From: Octopus sinensis
Taxonomy: Eukaryota
Reading direction: 5' to 3'
DNA: 64,000 bases
NCBI RefSeq assembly: GCF_006345805.1
Contig: NC_043022.1
Location: forward strand, 2,852,001 to 2,916,000
The position numbers were made by a program, and so were the translations under genes. The notes under the pieces were generated by a model. The model saw only the letters and a list, made by a program, of their open reading frames with translations. It was not told the DNA's origin and searched no databases. Below, one piece after another: positions 23,628 through 37,164 of this stretch (position 1 is its first letter; each line of letters begins with the position of its first letter).

Positions 23628-23790
23628 TATCATCATCACCATCACAATCATCATCATCACCATCAAAACCACCACCACCATCATCATCACTACCATCACC
23701 ACCAAAACTGCCATCATCATCATCATCATCATCATCACTGCCATCACCATCAAAACCACCACCACCGCCATCATCATCATCATCATCATA
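23628..23790. repeat. (CAT/CAC)n trinucleotide low-complexity tract
   Basis: Direct inspection. Confidence 0.9.
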
Positions 23791-24019
23791 GTCAAAACAG
23801 TTGAATTTATATTTGGTTTTTGTTGTTCTTTTTACGTTTTTTTTTTGTTATTTGTGCGTTTGATGCTTGTGTGTGTCCAGGAGAGAGAATGAGTTGGTCA
23901 GACACAGAATAAGATCATGGCTCACGTTTATTTTGTCATAATGATGTAAAATTAAATGAATCATTGTGCAACATCAAATGGAAATATTGAAGTTGATTCA
24001 TCATCATCGTCATCATGTA

Positions 24020-25512
<1,493 letters not shown>

Positions 25513-27700
25513 TCATCATCATCATTTAACGTCCGCTTTCCATGCTAGCATGGGTTGGACGGTTCAACTGGGGTCGGGGAGCCCGAAAGCTGCACCAGTC
25601 CAGTCAGATCTGGCAGTGTTTCTACAGCTGGATGCCCTTCCTAACGCCAACCACTCCGAGAGTGTAGTGGGTGATTTTATGTGCCACCGACACAGGTGCC
25701 AGACGAGGCTGACAAACGGCCACGCTCGGATGGTGTTTTTTATGTGCCACCGACACAGGTGCCAGACGAAGCTGGCAGACGGCCACGCTCGGATGGTGTT
25801 TTTATGTGCCACCGACACAGGTGCCAGACGAGGCTGGCAGACGGCCACGCTCGGATGGTGTTTTTATGTGCTACCGACACAGGTGCCAGACGAGGCTGGC
25901 AGACGGCCACGCTCGGATGGTGTTTTATGTGCCACCGACACAGGTGCCAGACGAGGCTGGCAGACGGCCACGCTCGGATGGTGTTTTTATGTGCCACCGA
26001 CACAGGTGCCAGATGAGGCTGGCAAACGGCCACGATCGGATGGTGCTTGTTACGTGCCCACAGCACGGAGGCCAGTCGATGCGGTACTGGCTACGGCCAC
26101 GTTCGGATGGTTTTCTTATGTGCACGTGCCACCGGCACTGGTACCACAAAGATACAAATTCCATTGATGTTCATCTATTTTGATTTGTTTTGATTTGATT
26201 TTCACTTGCCTCAACAGGTCTTCACAAGTGTCACAAGAAGGAAGGTATGCACAGGTGGACTGACTACGTCCCAGGTAGGGCCATGGGTTATGGCCTGACT
26301 AGTCTTGCCGGGTCTTCGGATGGTGTTTTTATGTGCCACCGACACAGGTGCTAGATGAGGCTGGCGAACGGCCACGATCGGATGGTGTTGTCATGTGCCC
26401 ACCGCACTGACTACGGCACTGATGGATTTCTTGTGTGCCACAGGCACTGGTACCACAAGATACAAATTCCATTGATGTTCATCTATTTGTCTATTTTGAT
26501 TTGATTTGATTTGATTTTCACTTGCCTCAACCGGTCTTCACAAGTGTCACAAGAAGGAAGGAAGGTATGCACAGGTGGACTGACTAGTCTTGCCGGGTCT
26601 TCGGAAGGTGTTTTTATGTGCCACCGACACAGGTGCCAGATGAGGCTGGCGAACGGCCATGATCGGATGGTGTTTGTTACGTGCCCACAGCACGGAGGCC
26701 GGTCGATGCGGAACTGGCTACGGCCACGTTCGGATGGTTCTCATGTGTGCCACCGGCACTGGTACCACAAAGTGTGTGCCACCGGCACTGGTACCACAAA
26801 GATACAGATTCCATTGATGTTCATCTATTTTGATTGTTTTGATTTGATTTGATTTTCACTTGCCTCAACAGGTCTTCACAAGTGTCACAAGAAGGAGGTA
26901 TGCACAGGTGGACTGACTACGTCCCAGGTAGGGGCCATGGGTTATGGCCTGACTAGTCTTGCCGGGTCTTCGGATGGTGTTTTTATGTGCCACCGACACA
27001 GGTGCTAGATGAGGCTGGCGAACGGCCACGATCGGATGGTGTTTGTCATGTGCCCACAGAACGGAGGCCAGTCGATGCGGTACTGGCTACGGCCACTTTC
27101 GGATGGTTTTCTCTTGTGTGCCACCGGCACTGGTACCACAAAGATACAAATTCCATTGATGTTCATCTATTTTGATTTGTTTTGATTTGATTTTGATTTG
27201 ATTTTCACTTGCCTCAACAGGCCTTTGATTTTCACTTGCCTCAACAGGCCTTCACAAGTATCACAAGGAGGAAGGTATGCACAGGTGGACTGACTACGTC
27301 CCAGGTAGGGGCCATGGTTTATGGCCTGACTAGTCTTGCCGGGTCTTCGGAAGGTGTTTTTATGTGCCACCGACACAGGTGCTAGATGAGGCTGGCGAAC
27401 GGCCACGACCGGATGGTGTTTGTTATGTGCCCACAGCACGATGGCCAGTGATGCGGTACTGACTACGGCCATGTTCGGATGGATTCTTGTGTGCCACCGG
27501 CACTGGTACCACAAGCGGTACTGACTACTTTTTATGTGCCACCGACACAGGTGCTAGATGAGGCTGGCGAACGGCCACGACCGGATGGTGTTTGTTATGT
27601 GCCCACAGCACGATGGCCAGTGATGCGGTACTGACTACGGCCACGTTCGGATGGATTCTTGTGTGCCACGGCACTGGTACCACAAGCGGTACTGACTACG
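25513..27700 (-). mobile_element. RTE-tailed element with expanded internal tandem repeats (62-bp VNTR plus ~320-350-bp units)
   Basis: (CAT)n tail and RTE-type terminus at 25513-25675; ATGTGC(C/T)ACCGACACAGG at 25679, 25742, 25804, 25866, 25927, 25989; larger units marked by CACTTGCCTCAAC at 26203, 26519, 26857, 27206. Confidence 0.8.
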
Positions 27701-27705
27701 GCCAT

Positions 27706-28163
27706 ATGTGTATTGTATATATACATATATATATATATAATATTATATATATGTGTATATGTATATATATATATATGTGTGTGTATATGTATATATATAT
27801 ATATATGTGTGTATATGTATATATAATATATGTGTGTATATGTATATATATATATAGTGTGTATATGTATATATATATATATATATGTGTGTATATGTAT
27901 ATATATATGTATATATGTGTATATATATATAATATATATGTGTATATGTATATATATATATATGTGTATATGTATATATATATATATGTGTATATGTATA
28001 TATATATATATGTGTATATGTATATATATATATATGTGTATATGTGTATATGTATATATATATATATGTGTATATGTATATATATATATATGTGTATATG
28101 TATATATATATATATGTGTATATGTATATATATATATATATATGTGTATATGTATATATACAT

Positions 28164-28195
<32 letters not shown>

Positions 28196-28255
28196 GTGTA
28201 TATGTAATATACATATATATCTTTATATATGTATATGTATAATACATATATATCT
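27706..28255. repeat. Compound (TA)n/TATGTG microsatellite
   Basis: Direct inspection. Confidence 0.95.
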
Positions 28256-28390
28256 TTCGAATGTCCTGCCATGTTTATTGTATCGTCTTCTATGAGTTAT
28301 ACGTTCTTGTCCATGTTGTATTTTTCTACATACCTTAATATATGTATATATACATATATCTTTATATATGTATATGCATATATATATGTA

Positions 28391-29210
28391 TCATAGAATT
28401 TGAAGGTAAATTATGGACTAGAGCAGATACCCCTAATAATTTTGATATACCCATGGGCTCCACCGATTCAGCTGAGATAACGAATGTAGTAGGTGCATAC
28501 TTATTAAAGTGCATAAAAAAGGGAAATCCCTGAATTACAGGGTGGTCTATGTAGGGATGATGCTCTGTTTGTTGTTCCTAACAATAGTAAATCAAGCATT
28601 GAAAGGATTGAAAAGAAAATTAATAAGTTCTTTAAAGATTTTAACCTTAGCATTACTTATGAACCTGGCACTAAGTCAATTTCCTAGATATTACCTTAAC
28701 CCTTTCGTTACCAACCCGGCTGAAACCAGCTCTGGCTCTGAGTACAAATGTTTTGTTTTCATAAGTTTTGAATTAAAATCTTCCACCAAACTTTAGTCAC
28801 AATTATGTTCCTAACACTAGCTGAATGATGACTAAGTTATTTACTAAATTCTTTGTTATATTTAAAGTAATTGAAAGAAATACAGAGCATCTCAAAATAA
28901 ATACAGTAACGAAAGGGTTAAACCTTAATTCTAAGCTACATTACCCATTTAGAAAGGAAGGCGAAATCACTAGATATGTAAATAAGTTATCTAATCATCC
29001 CCCAACTATAATAAAATCATTAATTAAAAATATCTCCCTAAGAATTTCCAAACTGTCATCTAATAGTGATATATTCAACTCTCACTCTAAACATTATAAT
29101 ACCGCATTATCTAAAGCAGGATATGACCATGTAATTACCTTTCTCGATAAGGATAGTTTGTATCTTCCAAACAAGGAAGAGAATATAAACTACGTAAACA
29201 AGAATAACTA
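28391..29210 (+). pseudogene. Penelope-like element RT, core and C-terminal part (inverted relative to the N-terminal part)
   Basis: IEFEGKLW..FDIPMGSTDSAEI..VG.YLL, GLCRDDAL (28544, YRDD-type motif), YPFRK..YV..SNHPP.IIK..ISLRISKLSSN..F..Y..AL.KAGY; frameshifts and stops. Confidence 0.75.
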
Positions 29211-30782
29211 TAGTTTTTCTAGCTAGTAGGATTATGTCAATTTCTTCTCTAGATATAAGGGAGCGATTCATGGCAAAAATAAGCGATTTATTTAGCAAAA
29301 TTGGGGATATACTAGAATAATAATTATTGATATCAAATTGAATAAGAGAGAAGCCGCTAGTGTTAACGAGAGAATTAAACCAATCTATTACTTCATCAGT
29401 ATTAAACCACAGACTTAAGGGAAGGATAGGGGTTATTTGGGGTAGAACATTGTCCAAGATAGATTTACTAAGTTGGCCAATGTCCGACTTAGTTGGACAA
29501 ATGAGTCTTACCGAGGGGTTTTCTAGGAAATTTCTCTTGTGGCCCTTAAGATTAATCCTGGGTTCACAAGGTGGGGTAGAACATTGTCCAAGATAGATTT
29601 ACTAAGTCGGCCAATGTCCGACTTAGTTGGACATATGAGTCTTACCGAGGGGTTTTCTAGGAAATTTCTCTTGTGGCCCTTAAGATTAATCCTGGGTTCA
29701 CAAGGTGGGGTAGAACATTGTCCAAGATAGATTTACTAAGTTGGCCAATGTCCGACTTAGTTGGACATATGAGTCTTACGAGGGGTTTTTTAGGAAATTT
29801 CTCTTGTGGCCCTTAAGTTAATCCTGGGTTCACAGGGTGGGGTAGAACATTGTCCAAGATAGATTTACTAAGTCGGCCAATGTCCGACTTAGTTGGACAT
29901 ATGAGTCTTACCGAGGGGTTTTTTAGGAAATTTCTCTTGTGGCCCTTAAGATTAATCCTGGGTTCACAGGGTGGGGTAGAACATTGTCCAAGATAGATTT
30001 ACTAAGTCGGCCAATGTCCGACTTAGTTGGACATATGAGTCTTACCGAGGGGTTTTTTAGGAAATTTCTCTTGTGGCCCTTAAGATTAATCCTGGGTTCA
30101 CAAGGTGGGGTAGAACATTGTCCAAGATAGATTTACTAAGTCGGCCAATGTCTGACTTAGTTGGACATGTGAGTTTTACCGAAGGGTTTTCGAGGAAATT
30201 TCTCTTGTAGCCCTTAAGATTAATCCTGGGTTCACAAGGTATAAGAGGCTCTGTTCTATCGGTCAAATTGTAATTTTCCATAACTTCTTTGATTTCTAGA
30301 TTAATTTCTTTCAAGTTATTCTTGGTTGTTATTTTATACTTTGAGTTAAGCTCCTTCTTAATGAGTCTGCTGTAAAGCGTATAATCCAATCTATAAAGAT
30401 TTCCTGTTTTGTCTGCTGGTACTAAGATACCTTGTTTATTCCGAATCAAATAAACAAAATCCTTAAGATGTTTAAGGTGTGGATTATATCTCAGTGGATG
30501 CTCCTTAAATTTTATATTCTCGATAAGATCCAGCAGATCTTTTTCAAAGTTTTCAAGGAGTGGATTCGGAGGTGGGCTTTTTCTGCTTCTAAAAATCCCT
30601 TTGTAGTTCTTATCCATATGTGCTGATTGAGGGTCCTTATTCTGTTTAATATCATAGTAGTAGGTCATCCATCTAATTCTTCTAATGAAATCGTTGATTC
30701 TATGGATCAATAGCCAAATGTATTCATCCTTACTATGTAAGGGGATATCCTTAGGGGAAAACTCTATATTTACTTTTTCCAT
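29211..30782 (-). pseudogene. Penelope-like element RT, N-terminal part
   Basis: FSPKDIP..FIRRIRW..FRSRKSPPP..FEKDL..IENIKF..LVPADKTGNLY..KY..PRINLK..NF..P.V.L..PTKSDIGRLSK.ILD..WFNTDEVIDWF..FDI..YYSSI..LL.KSL.FA..LARKT. Confidence 0.8.
29439..30240. repeat. 134-bp x6 tandem array within the Penelope RT
   Basis: GGGGTAGAACATTGTCC at 29439, 29573, 29707, 29839, 29973, 30107. Confidence 0.92.
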
Positions 30783-31116
30783 TCTTGTTGAGAAGTTAAG
30801 TACCAGAAAACATACACAACGTATGGGATTATAAGTTCAGCAAAACAATTTAGATTGAAATGAATATGGTACTTAATTTAGATGCACCAGAATTTTTTAT
30901 GGTATTACCCATAAAATTATGTGGGGTGATTATAACCAAAAATAAGCTACAAGAATGGATCGGTAGTTTAGTACAATTGTTTCATACTATAACAATTTAT
31001 TAAAGCTGCAAATATTACAGCAAATATAATATGTCAATTAATCTTCAGCTAATTTCATATAGGTTTTCCAATAATGTAAAGTTCTCAAACCAATTAGTAA
31101 CATCCCAGAGAAGGTA

Positions 31117-31135
31117 AATATACATACATATATAT

Positions 31136-31170
<35 letters not shown>

Positions 31171-31715
31171 TATGTATATTTACATATGTATATATACATA
31201 TATATATGTATATCATACATATACTCTTTATATATATATATATATAATATATATATATATATTATATATATATATATATATGTATGTATATTTACATATG
31301 TATATATACATATATATTGTATATATACATATATAATCTTTATATATGTATTATATATATATGTCTATATACATATATATCTTTATATATGTATATATAT
31401 GTCTATACATATATATTTATATATGTATATATATGTCTATACATATGTATCTGTATATAGTATATATATATATATCTTTTATATGTATATTTATATATAT
31501 ATGTTTATATACGTATATGTTTATATATTTATATATTTTATTTATATATATAGTTTATATACGTATATATGTTATATATGTATATATGTATGTATGTTTT
31601 TATATATATATGTAATATATAATATATATATATATATATATATTATATGGGTGTGTGTATATATGTGTGTGGTGTATTATATATATATACATATACATAC
31701 ATTCAAATATACACA
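31117..31715. repeat. TA-rich compound microsatellite
   Basis: Direct inspection. Confidence 0.9.
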
Positions 31716-31933
31716 CAAGGGGATGCTGGAAAACTTCCTGGCTTTGGGTAAAAAAAAAATACAGGAAGATCAGTTAATTATGATTTTATTCAACATAACC
31801 CCTTCTCAGATTCACACATTTATTGCTGGCCCTTCAGTTTTTCTAAGCCCTGTAAAAGAACTCGGAAGGTTGAGCCTCCAGCCAGGCCTTTCACGATACC
31901 CTTAAAGCCAGGAACTTTTCGGCACCCCCCTTG
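31716..31933. mobile_element. Mariner-type MITE, intact
   Basis: TIRs CAAGGGGATGCTGGAAAACTTCCTGGCTTT / AAAGCCAGGAACTTTTCGGCACCCCCCTTG. Confidence 0.8.
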
Positions 31934-31949
31934 TATATCTCTCTTTCTC

Positions 31950-32151
31950 TTTCTTTTGCTTGTTTCAGTCATTTGACTGTGGCCATGCTGGAGCACCGCC
32001 TTTAATCGAGCAACTCGACCCCGGGACTTATTCTTTTGGTAAGCCCAGTACTTATTCTATCGGTCTCTTTTGCCGAACCGCTAAGTGACGGGGACGTAAA
32101 CACACCAGCATCGGTTGTCAAGCAATGTTGGGGGGACAAACACACACACAA

Positions 32152-32193
<42 letters not shown>

Positions 32194-32357
32194 GACAGGC
32201 TTCTTTCAGTTTCCGTCTACCAAATCCACTCACAAGGCATTGGTCGGCCCGGGGCTATAGCAGAAGACACTTGCCCAAGATGCCACGCAGTGGGACTGAA
32301 CCCGGAACCATGTGGTTCGTAAGCAAGCTACTTACCACACAGCCACTCCTGCGCCTG
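31950..32357 (-). mobile_element. SINE family A, full length
   Basis: Complete family match. Confidence 0.85.
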
Positions 32358-32816
32358 ATATTCATACATTTATATTTAGCTATTATACTTACAGACACCC
32401 ATACGTATGCAAGTAGATGTGCATATGCGTGCACACATCTGCAAGTGTGCACACACGCATCGTTATCTTGTGTGACAATTCTACAAATAAAAACAGCTTT
32501 AATTAGATGCTTCACCGTTGCAGATTCCCATCTCAGCCATTCTTGCTATGAAAGACTTCAAACCAATCCTGTTATTAATACTCTGCCAGAAGAGGGTGCT
32601 TCACAGGCAACAAGCCTAAAGCCATTTTTTTCTGCAATCCACATCTCAGAGAATCCGTTTTATAGTTCTTCTACACTTTGTAATTAAACAGACAAGTCTG
32701 TTGAGTGGGCAGTGAGATTGAAGCTTACAGCTGCATGATGTGCTGCAGTTAACAGTGCCCAACTTGGAAGTTCTGGGTTCAAATCTAGCCAGATCCACAT
32801 TGATTTTTATCAAGGA

Positions 32817-33322
32817 CTAGCAGTATCGCCCAGCGTTGCTTGGGTTTGTAAGGGAAATAACTATATAAGCATTTTTAGAGAGTACTTCCCTTATAGATGC
32901 CATTTCGGGCTTTCTTAGCCATTTCTGTTGTGGTCTTCAAGCCATGAAGTCGTTCTAAAAGAACGCTGTTCTCCTTGACAACGCTTTACGACGTTGATTT
33001 CCTTACACTCCCTTCCCCACAGCTTCACGAGGGAGGGAAGAAGGGGGAGAAGCAAACAGGTGCAGGTGTGACCATGGACGCCAACTCCGCCGCCATCGCA
33101 CACGAAAAATTATGCATTAAAATGGAATAAAAAATGATGTTAAATTATTTTAAAAATCGTAGACTCATCGTAGACGCGCGCTAATACTCAGACGGGCTTG
33201 ATATGAATCACGACTATAAGATACCCGAATTTGGTTAAACTGCACCGCAAAATGTGGGAGTAGTTAGGAATCTAAATCGAAGGGGACAGACACTCACACA
33301 ACTACAGTTTTATATATATAGA
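32817..33322 (-). mobile_element. Non-autonomous Helitron with an extra ~200-bp internal segment
   Basis: Same termini as the 11.4 and 45.0 kb copies; 32900-33105 is absent from them. Confidence 0.8.
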
Positions 33323-33804
33323 TATACTATCTTTTAGCTTTTACTTGTTTCAGTCACTGGACTGCGACCATGCTGGAGTAATTCTTTGAAGGCTTTTATT
33401 CAAACAAATTGTCTCCAGTACATATTCTGGTACGTATTCTGTCACTTTCTTTTATTGAACTGCTAAGTTACTAGGACATAAGCAAACCAACCCTGGTTGT
33501 CAAGCAGTATGAATGTGGATGGAGGGGGAACAAATACAAACATAAAGACACACACACCCACACACACATTTCAGGGGCTTCTTTCAGTTTCTGCTGACCA
33601 AATTCACTCACAAAGAATTGCTCAGCCCAAGGACCCATTTTCAGCAAAGTGAACTGGAGCAGAGTAAAGCTCTACACAGCACAGGAATCAAACCCACATC
33701 ATTCAAAAACCTTAACCCCTAGTCTACACACACATACATATATATATATATATATTATATATATATATGCACACACACACAGACAACATATCCCTTTTTC
33801 TTTT

Positions 33805-34206
33805 CTCTTTTACTTGTTTGTTCTTTATCAGTCATTTGACTGCGGCCATGCTGGAGCACAGCCTTTATCGAGCAAATCGACCCCGGGACTTATTCTTTGT
33901 AAGCCCCAGTACTTATTCTAGGTCTCTTTTGCCGAACGCTAAGTGACGGGGACATAAACACACCAGCATCGGTTGTCAAGCAATGCTAGGGGGACAAACA
34001 CAGACACAAACATACACGCACATACATATATATACATATATACGAGGGGCTTCTTTCAGTTTCCGTCTACCAAATCCACTCACAAGGCATTGGTCGGCCC
34101 GGGGCTATAGCAGAAGATACTTACCCAAGATGCCACGCAGTGGGACTGAACCCAGAACCATTTGGTTGGTTAGCAAGCTACTTACCACACAGCCACTCCT
34201 GCGCCT
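33805..34206 (-). mobile_element. SINE family A, full length
   Basis: Complete family match. Confidence 0.85.
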
Positions 34207-34231
34207 AATGTTTTAACATCTTAGCTCACTT

Positions 34232-34337
34232 CTGACAATGTTTCGGCTGATATACCCTCCAGCCTTCATCAGGTGTCTTGAGGAAATTTTTAACACCTGA
34301 TGAAAGCTGGAGGGTATATCAGCCAAAACGTTGTGTT
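34232..34337. ncRNA. Inverted pair of minimal type-I hammerhead motifs (Penelope-type)
   Basis: Plus arm 34292-34337: AACAC-CTGATGA-A-AGCTG(GAGGGTATAT)CAGCC-AAAA-CGT-T-GTGTT. Minus arm: ACAC-CTGATGA-A-GGCTG..CAGCC-GAAA-CAT-T-GT. The consensus gives a complete hammerhead; each arm has a CpG-type lesion. Confidence 0.65.
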
Positions 34338-34386
34338 AATAACAAACAAGATGAGGACAAATATCCGTCAAATGTAAATAATGTAC

Positions 34387-34773
34387 TTGCTAACCAGCCA
34401 CATGGTTCCGGGTTCAGTCCCACTGCGTGGCATCTTGGGCAAGTGTCTTCTGCTATAGCCCCGGGCCAACCAATGCCTTGTGAGTGGATTTGGTAAACGG
34501 AAACTGAAAGAAGCCTGTCGTATATATGTATATATATATATATATATATGTATGTTTGTGTGTCTGTGTTTGTTCCCCTAGCATTGCTTGACAACCGATG
34601 CTGGTGTGTTTACATCCCCGTCACTTAGCGGTTCGGCAAAAGAGGCCAATAGAATAAGTACTGGGCTTACAAAGAATAAGTTCCGGGGTTGATTTGCTCG
34701 ACTAAAAGGCGGTGCTCCAGCATGGCCGCAGTCAAAATGACTGAAACAAGTAAAAGAGTAAAAGAGAGAGAGT
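34387..34773 (+). mobile_element. 5'-truncated SINE family A with a 39-bp target-site duplication
   Basis: AAGATGAGGACAAATATCCGTCAAATGTAAATAATGTAC at 34348-34386 and 34774-34812. Confidence 0.88.
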
Positions 34774-34997
34774 AAGATGAGGACAAATATCCGTCAAATG
34801 TAAATAATGTACATAAATCTTCATCTCTTAAATGTAGAACAGTGAAAGGAAATGCTTTTGCTCAAGAACACAAAACATTGCCTGGTCCAGGAATTGAAAC
34901 CACAATCTTACGATCATGAATCCAACACCCTAACCACTAAGCTGTGCACCTCCATTATCATAGATGTATGCATGTACAGGAATACACAAACACATGT

Positions 34998-35362
34998 GGA
35001 GGCGCAATGGCCCAGTGGTTAGGGCAGCGGGCTCGCGGTCATAGGATCGCGGTTTCGATTCCCAGACCGGGCGTTGTGAGTGTTTATTGAGCGAAAACAC
35101 CTAAAAGCTCCACGAGGCTCCGGCAGGGATGGTGGTGATCCCTGCTGTACTCTTTCACCACAACTTTCTCTCACTCTTACTTCCTGTTTCTGTTGTACCT
35201 GTATTTCAAGGGGCCGGCCTTGTCACTCTCTGTGTCACGCTGAATATCCCCCAGGTACACGTGTCTGTGGAGTGCTCAGCCACTTACACGTTAATTTCAC
35301 GAGCAGGCTGTTCCGTTGATTCGGATCAACCGGAACCCTCGCCGTCGTAACCGACGGAGTGC
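34998..35362 (+). mobile_element. tRNA(Arg)-like SINE family C (diverged second copy 35700-36015)
   Basis: A-box TGGCCCAGTGG, TCG anticodon-like loop, B-box-like GGTTTCGATTCC, followed by a non-tRNA body repeated at 35.7 kb. Confidence 0.7.
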
Positions 35363-36029
35363 TTCCACACACAAGCACATAGAGAAATGTTTGTCTGTGT
35401 GTCTGCAAACATTGATGAGGAAATAGATAAACGGGTGCAATCATACAAGAATACCTTGTGGTATTTGTTATCCCTGTGTTGCTTTCACAATCCCTTCAAA
35501 CCTATGACCAACGGTGCCATTGGTCTTATATAATATTCTTATGTAGTTGCACAAGTTCTACCTCTCACTCTCCCCCTGCTTATGCTGAGTACACCTTAGT
35601 CAATCAATGTCTGACCTACCTAGTTTGTAATAACTTCTTTTATATGAAACGATCTGCCTTTCGAATCTGGGAGAGGTTGTTGTGGTATGCTGTTCACCAT
35701 GGGGCCACTATGGCCCAGTGGTTAGGGCAGCAGGCTCGCAGTCATAGGATCGCAGTTTCAATTCCTAGACTGGGGTCTGGCAGGGTGTGGGGGTGGCGAA
35801 CCCTGCTGTACTCTTTCACCACAGCTTTCTCTCTTTCTTCTTGTTTCTGTTGTACCTGTATTTCAAAGGGTCAGCTTTGTCACACACTGTGTCATGCTGA
35901 TTCTCCCTGAGAACTACGTTAAGAGTACATATGTCTGTGGAATATTTCATAAGCAGGCTGTTCCGTTGATTGGATCAACTGGAACCCTTGTTGTTGTAAC
36001 TGACAGTGTCATAATGCTGTCCGCTGGTG

Positions 36030-36507
36030 ACAGACAGACAGACAGAAAAGGAGAGAGAGAGACAGTTAGAAAGGCAAAGATAGAAAGTGAGAGAGGAGGA
36101 ATAGACGGACAGACAGACATTGAAATATAGAAACAATTAGAGAGAGTGAGAGAAAGAGGGATAGACAGACAGACAGACAGACAAGTAGATGGAGATAGAC
36201 AGGCAGACAGATGAATAGAATGAGAAAGACAGATAGAAAGATGAACAGAGAGAGAGAGACTGACAAACAGATGAACAGAGAGAGAGAGAGAGATTGACAA
36301 AAAGAGAGAGAGAGAGAAAGAGATAGACAGGATGACATACAGAGGAAGAGAAACAGACAGACAGACTGCTAGACAGTCTGACAGATAAAGAGAGTGACAG
36401 AAAGACAGAGAAAGAGTGAGAGAGAGAGAGACACACAAGGAAAGAGAAAGAAAATAACAAATAGAACTACAGACAGGCAGACAGACAGACAGACAGACAA
36501 AGAAAGT

Positions 36508-36545
<38 letters not shown>

Positions 36546-36670
36546 GAAAGAGAGAGATTGATAAAGAGAGAAAGAGTGAGAGAGAAAGAAAATAACAAAT
36601 AGAACTACAGACAGTCAGGCAGACAGACAGAGAAAGAAAGTGAGAGAAACGGACAGACGGACAGATGGAC
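36030..36670. repeat. Purine-rich (GA/GACA)n low-complexity tract
   Basis: Direct inspection. Confidence 0.9.
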
Positions 36671-37164
36671 AGTTGCTCGGTTTGGTAATAACAGGAAACT
36701 GCCGAAGGATATAACGAAATAACCACAATTCTTTCCACGATTTAGAATCTGATTTTTATCTTTGGACATTCCAGGGTTTCTCAGGGTTTTTCTTCTCTTC
36801 AAAACGGAAAGAAAACCGGAAAATTAATTCGTTTTGGATTTTCTTTTTCTTTTTGTTTCTTTTTTCGTAGTATTTGTTTAATCTTCTCACCCTTGGTTTG
36901 CAAAAGGGGCACATGGCTAGGGGTTCAACTCACGAGAGTATGGCAAGAATGTTTTACCCAAGGGGCCACACGTTTGCATTGAGGCTGGGACTTCATGGAT
37001 AAGAAGAGAATTTCTTAAAAACTGGTATGTGTGTGTGTGTGTGTGTTTGTGTGTGCGCACACACACGCGTGCATGTGTGTATGTATGTATGTGTGTGTAT
37101 GCATGCATGTGTCTGTATGTATATGTGTGCATATGCATGCATGCATGTGTGTATGTATATGTGC

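Noticed and set aside
25679-26050. CRISPR-like regularly spaced repeats
   Set aside because: Whole 62-bp units are repeated with no unique spacers, there are no cas genes, and the context is eukaryotic
31030-31070. CTGAAGA upstream of the Penelope ORF as a pLTR hammerhead
   Set aside because: No correctly placed GAAA, stem III or stem I could be found
32115-32687. 190-aa ORF and similar MSSNARG/MLGGQTQ ORFs
   Set aside because: Antisense readings of SINE family A, recurring at every copy
34998-35075. tRNA-Arg gene
   Set aside because: The acceptor stem is not closed, and the head runs into a body repeated at 35.7 kb; this is a SINE head. The same applies to family A and B heads
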